Shown here piece after piece: positions 48,545-57,361 of a DNA stretch of 64,000 nucleotides. Within the stretch, counting starts at the first letter, position 1, and every line of letters starts with the position of its first letter. Origin of the DNA: an uncultured Phycisphaerales bacterium (GTDB lineage: Bacteria; Planctomycetota; Phycisphaerae; Tepidisphaerales; Tepidisphaeraceae); contig CAWIJX010000006.1 in assembly GCA_963836515.1 (NCBI GenBank), forward strand, positions 324,809 through 388,808, in the 5' to 3' direction. Both the position numbers and the translations under genes were made by a program. Under the pieces are notes generated by a model. The model was not told where the DNA came from, did no database searches, and was given only the letters and a program-made list of their open reading frames with translations.

Positions 48545-49900
48545 ATGCACGACAACATGTCTTCGCCGAAACCGTCGCCATTGCGCCGGCCGGCGGAGCC
48601 AGGACCGTTCGATCCGGTCATCTGGCGACAGGTTCTTCAGGCCGTTCGCAATCAGCATCCGGGCATTCATCGCAAATGGTTCGATGAGATGACGCCGCGC
48701 CAGCTCACCAACGGCGTCATCCAGGTGAACGTCGCCACCGTTGCCCAGCTCGACTTCTGCCAGACGCAGTGCCAGCAGATCTTCACGGCCGCCGCCCAGA
48801 TGATCACGGGGCGGCTGGTCATGGTCAGTTTCCATTGCGATAACCTTCCCGCAAGCGGCGTGTTCAATGATGGCGACGTGCCTCTGAAGCTCAACCCCGA
48901 TTACGTCTTCGAGAACTTCGTCACCGGCCCGTGCAACCGCCTGCCCCATGCGGCGTGCGTTGCCATCTCGGACAATCCCGGCCAGGCCTACAACCCGCTG
49001 TTCATCCACGGCGGCGTCGGCCTGGGCAAGACGCATCTCCTTCAGGCGGTATGCCAGCAGGTCCTCGCAAAGCGAGCCGATTCGCGCATCCTCTACCTCT
49101 CCTGCGACAGCTTCATCAATCAGTTCATCAACGCCGTCGAAGCCGGCGAGATGAACCAGTTCCGCCATCGCTATCGTCACGTGGACATGCTCGTTATTGA
49201 CGACATCCACTTTCTCGCCGGCCGGGACCGCACCCAGGAAGAGTTCTTCCACACGTTCAACACGCTGTATCAGAACCACAAGCAGATTATCCTGTCGGCC
49301 GACTCGCCCCCCAGCGAAATCCCCGAGCTTGAGGAGCGGCTGGTCAGCCGCTTCAAGTGGGGCCTGGTGGCGCGCATCGACAAGCCCTGCTATGAGACGC
49401 GCCTGGCCATCCTTCAAAAGAAGGCGCACATCCGATCCTTCGAGCTGCCCGACGAGGTGCTCTGTTACATCGCCCAGCGCATCGAGAGCAATACCCGTGA
49501 GCTCGAAGGCGCCATCACCAAGCTCCAGGGCATGGCGATGCTGCAGGCCGGCCGCGTCGATATGGAGCTGGCCAAGGCCGCCCTGGGCGACACGGCCACC
49601 CCGGAGCAGAAGCGCATCACGATCCAGCAGATCCTGGACGTTGTCACCAAGTATTACAACGTCAAGCCCTCCGACCTGCAGAGCAAGAAGCGCCACAAGA
49701 GCATCGCATTTCCGCGACAGGTCTGCATGTTCCTCGCCCGCCGCCACACGCGCTACTCGCTGGAGGAGACCGGCGGCTATTTCGGCGGCCGCGACCACAC
49801 CACGGTCATGCACGCCGTCAAGACAATTCAGGCCGCCATGCAAGAGGAATCGAGCGTCGCCGAGCAGATCAACCATCTTGAAGCCGAGCTGACCGCGTAG
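48545..49900 (+). CDS. dnaA: chromosomal replication initiator protein DnaA
   Basis: Walker A 'GGVGLGKTHLLQA', 'LLVIDDIHFLAGRDRTQEEFFHTFN', and a C-terminal DNA-binding domain 'RHTRYSLEETGGYFGGRDHTTVMHA'. Confidence 0.9.
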   Translation: MHDNMSSPKPSPLRRPAEPGPFDPVIWRQVLQAVRNQHPGIHRKWFDEMTPRQLTNGVIQVNVATVAQLDFCQTQCQQIFTAAAQMITGRLVMVSFHCDNLPASGVFNDGDVPLKLNPDYVFENFVTGPCNRLPHAACVAISDNPGQAYNPLFIHGGVGLGKTHLLQAVCQQVLAKRADSRILYLSCDSFINQFINAVEAGEMNQFRHRYRHVDMLVIDDIHFLAGRDRTQEEFFHTFNTLYQNHKQIILSADSPPSEIPELEERLVSRFKWGLVARIDKPCYETRLAILQKKAHIRSFELPDEVLCYIAQRIESNTRELEGAITKLQGMAMLQAGRVDMELAKAALGDTATPEQKRITIQQILDVVTKYYNVKPSDLQSKKRHKSIAFPRQVCMFLARRHTRYSLEETGGYFGGRDHTTVMHAVKTIQAAMQEESSVAEQINHLEAELTA

Positions 49901-50054
49901 TGCCACTCAGCTCATTCCAACTCGCACCCTCCCCCGCGCTTGCGCTCTGCCCGAGAATATGGGCACGCCCCATGCGACTGTGGCTCGGCCGCTGTTTGAC
50001 ACCCCCTGCGGCCGCTTCTAATATCCTGCACCCTTTGGAAGGAGCGAGACAAAC

Positions 50055-50381
50055 ATGGCCAGCGCCAACGTCAGAGAGTTCACCGACCAGACCTTCGAGA
50101 CCGAAGTTCTCAAGTCCACGCAGCCCGTGCTCGTCGATTTCTGGGCCGAGTGGTGCGGGCCCTGCCGGATGCTGGCGCCCACCATCGAGAAGCTGGCCAA
50201 CGACTACAACGGCAAGGTGAAGGTCGGCAAGGTCGATACCGACGCCAACCGCGACACCGCCCTCAAATACGGTATTAGCGCGATCCCAACAGTGATCCTC
50301 TTTAAGGGCGGGCAGGTTGCCCAGAAGTTCGTCGGGCTGCGCTCCGAGAAGGACTTCCGCGAGGCGCTCGACGCGGTGTGA
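50055..50381 (+). CDS. trxA: thioredoxin
   Basis: 'DFWAEWCGPCRMLAP', 108 aa. Confidence 0.9.
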   Translation: MASANVREFTDQTFETEVLKSTQPVLVDFWAEWCGPCRMLAPTIEKLANDYNGKVKVGKVDTDANRDTALKYGISAIPTVILFKGGQVAQKFVGLRSEKDFREALDAV

Positions 50382-50824
50382 GCTCGGTCGCCGTGAACTT
50401 TCATTGCGGCGGCGTCTTGCTGAAGCGGGGTCACGCGCCACGGCGCGGCGCTGTCTCATCGGCAATCGTTTATTGACATGATCCCGGCAGACGATGTAAT
50501 TAAACTGATTCGCGGCGATTGGTATGGCAATGGCGACTTACATGAGCGAGGGACCACGAGTTGAAAAACACATCACGTGCTCCAACGCGGGAAGGTGACC
50601 CGCCCGCGCGACCAGTGAACCGCACCCATCGGCTCACTGAAGAACCGGCCCGCCACGGCGCCGGGCGTCTGCATCACCCATCCAACGGCAATGGCAGCAG
50701 CAGTGGCGCCAACCACGTGGCGGCGCGGGCCAATGGCGCAGCGCATCATCGCGCCGTGCCCGACAGTTTCCTGCGCGACACCCAGTTCGTGCCAACGCGG
50801 GTGCATCGCACCCCGCCCAACATC

Positions 50825-51935
50825 ATGCGCATGCCGCTGCCCAAACGCATCAATGCGCTGGTCAAGCTCCACGGCACGCCGCTGATGCTCATCAGCCGCG
50901 ACGTGCTCACGCAGGAATACAAGCGTTTCCGCCGGCTGCTGCCGCGCGTCCGCCTGTTTTACGCCATCAAGGCCAACCCCCACCCCGATGTCATCCGCAC
51001 GTTTCGCGACCTGGGCGGCTGTTTCGACGTCGCAAGCGAAGGCGAGATTCGCCACGTGCTGAATCTCGGCGTCGATCCCGCCCGCGTCGTCTTCGCCAAC
51101 ACCATCAAGCGGCCCGAGGCGCTGCAGTTTGCCTCGAAGAAAGGTGTCGATCTCATCACCTTCGACAACGAGCCCGAACTCTACAAGATCGCCAAGAACG
51201 CCCCCGGTTGCCGCGTGTTGGCCCGGCTGAAGGTCGGCAACCTCGGCAGCCTCGTCGAGCTTTCGCTCAAATTCGGCGCGGATGAGGAGCAGATCGTCCC
51301 CATGCTCGTCAAGGCCCGTTCGCTGGGGCTCAAGCCCGAGGGCATCAGCTTCCATGTCGGCTCGCAATGCACCAACATGGAAAACTACCAGCGCCTTCGA
51401 GCAGGCCGCCCGCCTGATCAACGAAGCCCGCAGCCGCGGCCTGCCGGTGAAGATGCTCGACATCGGCGGCGGCTTCCCCATCCGCCACTTCAAGAGCGAC
51501 ACGGTCAATCTCGAAAGCTTCGCCAACCAGATGCGGCGCGAACTCGACCGGCTTTTCGCGAAGGACATCGACATCATCGCCGAGCCCGGCCGGGCCTTGG
51601 TCGGGCCTGCGGGCATGCTCATCACGCGCGTCGTCGGCCGGTCCATCCGCAATAACAAGAACTACTACTACCTCGACGACGGCGTCTACGGCGACTTCTC
51701 GGGCATCGTCTTCGACCACTGCAAGTACGAGTTCCGCACGCTGACCAAGACGCAGAAGTTCGCCAGCATCATCGCCGGCCCGACGTGCGATTCCTTCGAC
51801 ACCATCTCGCTCAGCGAGGAGCTTCCGGAGCTGGATGTCGGCAGCATCGTGTATGTCCCCAACATCGGCGCGTATAGCTGCGCCAGCGCGCTGACCTTCA
51901 ACGGCATCCCACCGGCGAAAGTAATCGTGGCCTGA
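50825..51935 (+). CDS. ornithine/lysine/arginine decarboxylase (PLP-dependent, Orn/DAP/Arg decarboxylase family 2), apparent frameshift near 51390
   Basis: 'RLFYAIKANPHPDVIRTF...GISFHVGSQCTN' (ORF 50561.. frame) continues as 'LDIGGGFP...AEPGRALVGPAG...GPTCDSFD' (ORF 51282..51935). Confidence 0.75.
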
Positions 51936-51947
51936 TGGTGGCTTTGC

Positions 51948-53372
51948 CTACTGGATCGCGTGAGACTTGGAGGCGGCTATCTCCAGGAACCGCCGCCTGT
52001 AGCCTTTCTTGAATAGCTCGCACGTGATCGGATCCTTGGCCATCGGGCTACCAGTCTCGGTCAGCGCCAGAGCCCGGCAGCCCATGCCGCACTCGCCGAA
52101 GAAACCGCACGCGGCGCATTCCGGGTTATGGGCGAGCACTTCCTTCTTCTTTCGGTCCACGAGCCGGCGAAACACGGATCGCTTCCACACCTTCGACAGC
52201 TCGCTGCGCAGCAGATTCGGCATCCGGGCCTGCAACGGGGTGTCCACATATCTGGGGCAGCGAATCAACGTTCCATCGGGCAGCACATGCGCCTTCTCGC
52301 GGCAGGCGGCACAGTCGTACTCATCCGGTTGATGGCCCCTGAGCCTGGGCTGCTCCCCCGGCCGAGCCCCATGAAAAAAGCCGCCGAGCACGATGGCGAA
52401 GGGTGATCCATCCCTGACCCAGCGCTCGGCCAGCGGGGCCAGGGCCCTTGCCTGCTCGTCCAGCGTCGCCGCGATGGTGGTCCCCCGCCAGTTGCCATTG
52501 GCATGGGGCGCCTCCAATCGCCATGTCTCAATGTCCAGCGTCTTCATCAGCTCGTAGGTCTCCGCCAGGCAGCCAAGGTTGAGCTTGCACAGAGAGGTGG
52601 CAACCGTCACCGAAAGGCCGGCGGCACGTACCCGCCGAATGGCGTCGATCGCGCCTCGTTCGGCCCCCTTCATCCCTCGCATCGCATCGTGCGCACCCAT
52701 CCCGTCGAAGCTGATCTGGAAATCCGGCCGGAAGCCCAGGCCCTTGATGGACCGCAAATGGCGGTCGGTGATCAGCAGGCCGTTGGATAGAATGCAGCGG
52801 AGGTGGATCTTCTGCTCGGCCATTCGACCGATGATGTCCAGCAGGTCGCGCCTGGCGAACGGCTCGCCGCCGGTGAGCAGAATATCGATCACGTTCGCCC
52901 GCTTGAACTGGTCGAGCAGCGCGAGCATCGCGGTCAAGGGCAGCTCGCCGTATCTGCCGCCGGGCGACTCCATGAAGCAATGCCGGCATTGCAGGTTGCA
53001 GCGGCCGGTCACGGCCCAGAGAATTTCGGCAACCCGCGGGTTCGGCGCTTGGCGATATCGCTGCCACGGCTCAATGGATGTTCGCCGTGGGCACCTCTCC
53101 GCGATGCCGTGCGCCAGCAGCCAATCGAGCATGCCATGGTGCTCGGGGAGAAAGGCCAGCGAGTCGAAGTCAGTCCGGCCGTCGCAGGACTCGGCCACGT
53201 AGAACCCCGTCGGTTTCAGCTCGTGCTGCTCTCCGGTCCGCCAGTTGACCAGCGCCCGCGGAATGTCACTCCAACCGCGGAGCAACCAGTCCGGCTTGAG
53301 TCTGGCGTACCGCCCCGACATCGCGCCGCGGTTCGTCTTGGGAGGTTGGTGTGCACGCATGATCGCGATCAC
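51948..53372 (-). CDS. radical SAM/SPASM-domain peptide maturase with N-terminal RRE-like domain (paralog 1, intact)
   Basis: 'WAVTGRCNLQCRHCFME' CxxxCxxC; 'LLTGGEPFARRD'; SPASM Cys clusters 'CAACREKAHVLPDGTLIRCPRY' and 'NPECAACGFFGECGMGCRALAL'. 474 aa. Confidence 0.85.
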   Translation of the reverse strand: MIAIMRAHQPPKTNRGAMSGRYARLKPDWLLRGWSDIPRALVNWRTGEQHELKPTGFYVAESCDGRTDFDSLAFLPEHHGMLDWLLAHGIAERCPRRTSIEPWQRYRQAPNPRVAEILWAVTGRCNLQCRHCFMESPGGRYGELPLTAMLALLDQFKRANVIDILLTGGEPFARRDLLDIIGRMAEQKIHLRCILSNGLLITDRHLRSIKGLGFRPDFQISFDGMGAHDAMRGMKGAERGAIDAIRRVRAAGLSVTVATSLCKLNLGCLAETYELMKTLDIETWRLEAPHANGNWRGTTIAATLDEQARALAPLAERWVRDGSPFAIVLGGFFHGARPGEQPRLRGHQPDEYDCAACREKAHVLPDGTLIRCPRYVDTPLQARMPNLLRSELSKVWKRSVFRRLVDRKKKEVLAHNPECAACGFFGECGMGCRALALTETGSPMAKDPITCELFKKGYRRRFLEIAASKSHAIQ

Positions 53373-53376
53373 AACG

Positions 53377-54846
53377 CTACAGGGCCGACGCTGCTATCTC
53401 CTGGAACCGTTTCTTGTAGCCCTTCTTGAGTAGCTCACAAATCATCGGCTCCCTGGCCAGCAGATCTCCGGTCTCGGTCAGCGCGGTGGCCCGGCACCCG
53501 CCTGCGCATTCCTTAAAGAGCAGTTCGCACGATGCGCACTCCGGGTTCCGGGCCAGCACGTCCTTCTTCCGAATATCCGCGATCTCGCGCAGGAACGAGC
53601 GTCTCCAGACCTTCGACAAATCCTCACGCAAGAGATTCGGCATGCGATCCTGGAAGATACTGTCCACGTAGCCGGGGCAGGGAACGAGAGTGCCGTCCGG
53701 AAGCAGGCAGGGCTGCTCCCGGCAACTACCGCAGTCGTAGCTGTCCGGCGTCAGCGTTTCGCGCTGCGGCATGTCCGCTGCTGCCTTTGAGTCCGCGATG
53801 CCGCGACGGGCCCGCCGCCGATTGGCGCCGTTGCCCGAGCCCTGCCCGACGGGCATCTCGGGTGATGGCATCCGAAGCATTTGCGGATCGAAGTGGCAGT
53901 AGAAGCCACCGAGCCTGATCATGAACGGCCGGCCGTCTTTGACCCAGGCTTCCAGCAGCGGCGCGAAGGCTTGCGCCTGCATTTCCAGGGATGCGGCCGT
54001 TTTGGCATGCCGCCAGTTCCCGGTCGCCTGCGGCGGCGAGATATTCCAGGCCTGGATGTCCAGCGTCTTCAGCAAACGGTACGTCTCGGCCAGGGCGCCG
54101 ATATTCAGACTGTCGATCAATGTGGCGACAGCCAGCGGGAAACCGGCGCGCGCACCCGGCGAATGGCGTCGATGGCCTTGGGTTCCGTGCCCTCGACCCC
54201 GCGCATCTGGTCGTGGGCGCCGACGCCGTCGAAACTGATCTGGAACACCGGCACGACACCAAGCTGCCGTATCGCTTCGAGATGGCGGTCGGTGATCAGC
54301 AGGCCATTGGAGAAGATCCGGTTGACATAGATCCTCTTGGCCACAAGCAGGGCCACGATCTCCAGAATGTCTTTCCTCAGGAAAGGCTCTCCGCCTGTCA
54401 GGGAAACCTGCACCACGTTGGCCCGCTCGAACTGCCCGACCAGGCCCGCCATCGCGGTGAAGGGAAGCTCGCCGTATCGACCCGATGGCGCCTCCATGTG
54501 GCAGTGCCGGCAGTTCAGGTTGCACCGCCCCGTCACGCACCAGTGAATCCCGATCACGCGCCCGTTCGGGCGCTTTGCGGTAGCGCTGGCACGGCTCGAT
54601 GCGCTCGCCCTTCCGGCATTGCTCGACAAGACCCTCGGCGATGAGCAGGTCAAGCATGGCGCGGTGCCCGGGCAGGAAGCAAAGCGAATCGAAGTCGGTC
54701 TGCCCATCACATGCCTCGGCCACGTAGAAGCCCATCTCATTGAGCGAGCGCTGCCGGCCACTCACCCAGTTGACGGCCATCCGAGGCAGATCGTCCCAGC
54801 CGCGAAGCAGCCAGTCCTTTCCCAGTCTCGCGTATCGTCCGCGCAT
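53377..54846 (-). CDS. radical SAM/SPASM-domain peptide maturase (paralog 2), at least two apparent frameshifts
   Basis: N-terminal and C-terminal SPASM parts in ORF 53377..54846 ('CGSCREQPCLLPDGTLVPCPGY', 'NPECASCELLFKECAGGCRATAL'). rSAM core 'IHWCVTGRCNLNCRHCHMEAP...SLTGGEPFLRKD' in ORF 54117..54761. Confidence 0.75.
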   Translation of the reverse strand: MRGRYARLGKDWLLRGWDDLPRMAVNWVSGRQRSLNEMGFYVAEACDGQTDFDSLCFLPGHRAMLDLLIAEGLVEQCRKGERIEPCQRYRKAPERARDRDSLVRDGAVQPELPALPHGGAIGSIRRASLHRDGGPGRAVRAGQRGAGFPDRRRAFPEERHSGDRGPACGQEDLCQPDLLQWPADHRPPSRSDTAAWCRAGVPDQFRRRRRPRPDARGRGHGTQGHRRHSPGARAGFPLAVATLIDSLNIGALAETYRLLKTLDIQAWNISPPQATGNWRHAKTAASLEMQAQAFAPLLEAWVKDGRPFMIRLGGFYCHFDPQMLRMPSPEMPVGQGSGNGANRRRARRGIADSKAAADMPQRETLTPDSYDCGSCREQPCLLPDGTLVPCPGYVDSIFQDRMPNLLREDLSKVWRRSFLREIADIRKKDVLARNPECASCELLFKECAGGCRATALTETGDLLAREPMICELLKKGYKKRFQEIAASAL

Positions 54847-54986
54847 GACATCCTCATTTCATGTTCCATGCGGGAAAAGCAGCTCCCGCGAGGCGATCAT
54901 TCCGCGCAGAACAGAAACAGGGCGTGCGGGGCGAGCCCCGCACGCCCCTGAACTGTCACGTATGCACATGGCCTCGCGGCCAGGAT

Positions 54987-55272
54987 CAATAGTAGCAGCC
55001 GGTGTAGGTGTCGAAGCCGTAGGGGCAATAGGACTGGCCGGCCACCTCGGGCACTTCGGCCGCGCTGCGTTTGGGGGCTTTGGCCTTGCGCCCTTGAGGA
55101 ATTCCTGCGCGGTGAACTTATAGCCCGCGGCGGAGGCGATCTTCGCCACGCCCGCCGCCGATTTTGCCTGGTTCTCCTTCGCCAGGCTTGCCTGCAGGGC
55201 TTTCATCTTCGCCTGCAGCGACTTGGTTGTCCCGACTTTCTCAAAGAAACCTTCTACGTCCTTCGCTGACAT
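54987..55272 (-). CDS. Nif11-type leader RiPP precursor peptide; the core is readable only after a 1-nt correction in a C5 run (plus G5 at 55073-55077)
   Basis: ATG 55272 with AAGGAGA RBS. Leader 'MSAKDVEGFFEKVGTTKSLQAKMKALQASLAKENQAKSAAGVAKIASAAGYKFTAQEFLKG' fits the Nif11 leader consensus (MS.E.L.AF..KV..D.SLQ.KL..IA..AGF..T..EL). A +1 shift after 'ARPKPP' gives 'KRSAAEVPEVAGQSYCPYGFDTYTGCYY' and stop TGA at 54989-54987. The uncorrected track ORF runs to 54859 as low-complexity sequence. Confidence 0.55.
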
Positions 55273-55546
55273 GTTTTTCTCCTTGACCCGTCAGGGTCTA
55301 TCAGAATGCTGCACAAAGATCGTCGCTGGACCGCCACGCGGGAGGGCCACGGGCCGCACACCAGCGCGGGTCCGACACATCGGCAATCCCCGAGGCGAAG
55401 GGCCTCTTGTCGAGTTGCTGCCCGAACTGTGCTGGCAGTGACATGGTCATTTTCGCGGGCTGGAACTGAATCCGCGAGTTCGCATGCTCAGTCAAAGTAC
55501 CCAGACGCTTGGCCACATGCAAACGTTACATTCGATTGCAGTCAAC

Positions 55547-56313
55547 TCATCGGCTGGCGCTCTCGGCGTATTGGTCGGCGAAGTGTTTCAGGAGCGTCTT
55601 CAGTTCGAACGTCCGCAGTCGCGGAAAGGCGCCCAGCAGCAGGGCGCACAGCCCCGTCACCGTTGGAGTGGCGAAGCTGGTGCCGGTCATCTCGCAATAG
55701 CCACCGCCGCGGGCCGGCGTCACCACGCGGGTGCCACGGGCCACGAACTCGATGGGCGGCCTGTGATATTTCAGCAGGTACGGCGAGGCGAAGTCGGCGC
55801 GGTCCACGTTGATGCAGGTCGAGATCTCGGCCGGCCAGCCGTTGTCCTCCAGCGGCATGTTCCGTTTGGCCGCGACGATCACGATGTTCCGCCGGCAGGC
55901 CCGGTCGCACAACTGGCGCAGCTCCGCCGCGAACTTCGCGTGACAGGCCAGGCTGAGGTTGATCAGGCGCATGCCCCGGTCGATGGCCATGCGCACTCCC
56001 GCCAGCAAGGCGGCGCCGGAGCCGGCGCAACGGGCATCCAGCATGCGAATATCGAAGATACGGGCATTGGGGGCGATGCCGGCGATGATCCCGGCGACGC
56101 CGGTGCCATGCCCGAAGACATCATTGTTCCGGCCGGGGCGGCATTGAGCCGGCTCGGCGGGCGGCTCGATCTTCCACGCCTCGGCCACTCGCTTACGAAG
56201 ATCGGGGTGCCGGGAATCGACTCCGGTATCCACCACCGCCACGTCGATCGGCGCCAGCCGCGCGCGGCGAGGGATTGCAGCGAGACGCCAAGGGCTTTGT
56301 CGAATGCGTTCAT
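55547..56313 (-). CDS. subtilisin-like S8 serine peptidase (cytoplasmic; candidate leader peptidase), apparent frameshift near 56250
   Basis: Catalytic triad contexts 'VAVVDTGVDSRHPDL', 'HGTGVAGIIAG', 'GTSFATPTVTGLCALLL' (ORF 55547..56518). N-terminus 'MNAFDKALGVSLQSLAAR' in ORF 55963..56313. Confidence 0.7.
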
Positions 56314-56973
56314 GCCGTCGCCCCATCGCAGAGGGCGCCCACCGCCCCAAGCACCGAGCGAATCTCGCGCAGGCGGTTCGGATGCCTGCGGATAAGGTCG
56401 GCCACGCCCTCGACGATCCCGGCGCGGAGCCGATCCGCCGGCCGGCCGAGGCGCCCCGACCGCCGCAGTTGATCGACCTCCTGGAGCCGCCGCTGCTGGT
56501 CAACCACGACGGCCGCAACGGTCGCGATCTTCGCCTGCAACTCCGCGTCGTGGGCGGTGAATCGCTTCTCCGCCGCGAAACTGACGGCGGTGATCACGCC
56601 GCACACTTCGTCGCGGATCAACATCGGGGCGGCGATGACCGCCGTCGGCTGGTTGCGCTGGCCGGCCTTGCGCAGCGCGCTGGCGGATGTCCTTGAAAGT
56701 CGGCGCGCCAATCTGCACCTCGCGCGTGGCCACCGCCAGGCCGGTCAGGCCCTGGCCCAGGGGAACCCGCTGGCCCATCAGCGTCTTCTCCGACCCTCCG
56801 GTCGTCATGGCGAAGACGAGATGACGCTTGGCGCGATCGAGGACCAGCAGCAACCCCTCCTCCGCGCCCACGCATTGGACGCCCAATTCGACCAGCAGCC
56901 GCAGGACCGCCCCTTCGGGTGTTCGAGGCATGATCCCCAGAAACGCCGACAGGATGCGGTCGGATGACGGCAT
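56310..56973 (-). CDS. GAF-domain protein, apparent frameshift near 56700
   Basis: 'ILSAFLGIMPRTPEGAVLRLLVELGVQCVGAEEGLLLVLDRAKRHLVFAMTTGGS' (ORF 56500.. frame) then 'QPTAVIAAPMLIRDEVCGVITAVSFAAEKRFTAHDAEL' (ORF 56310..56711). Confidence 0.6.
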
Positions 56974-57295
56974 GACGTTGCTTCTTCCTGAAAGACGGCG
57001 GCCGATCGTAATCCGCGAGCGCCGCAATGCAAGATCGATCGCGACCCTTGGGCAGATCTCGCAGGGCAACCTCATTTGAGTTGTGGTCGTTCCCGGCGGC
57101 TAAAGCCGCCCCTACGAACTGCCGCCTCGCGAGGCGCCGCATCACCCCCCAGCGATCTCCGCTGAGTCATCGATCAGTGATTTCCCGCGCAACGCCGGCA
57201 TGCGACGGAAAGTAATTTTCTACAACCGGAACAATCCCGCCGGGCCACATCCGCCGAAGAACAAGAACTGGTGAACACGATAGGCTTTCGCCGCA

Positions 57296-57355
57296 TCCAT
57301 TGACTAACGGACAACGGACCCAACCACTGACCACGGACAACTGACTACTGACAAG
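57296..57355. repeat. palindromic repeat element, partial copy (right arm only)
   Basis: 'ttgactaacggacaacggacccaaccactgaccacggacaactgactactgacaagccc'. Confidence 0.6.
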
Positions 57356-57361
57356 CCCGCT

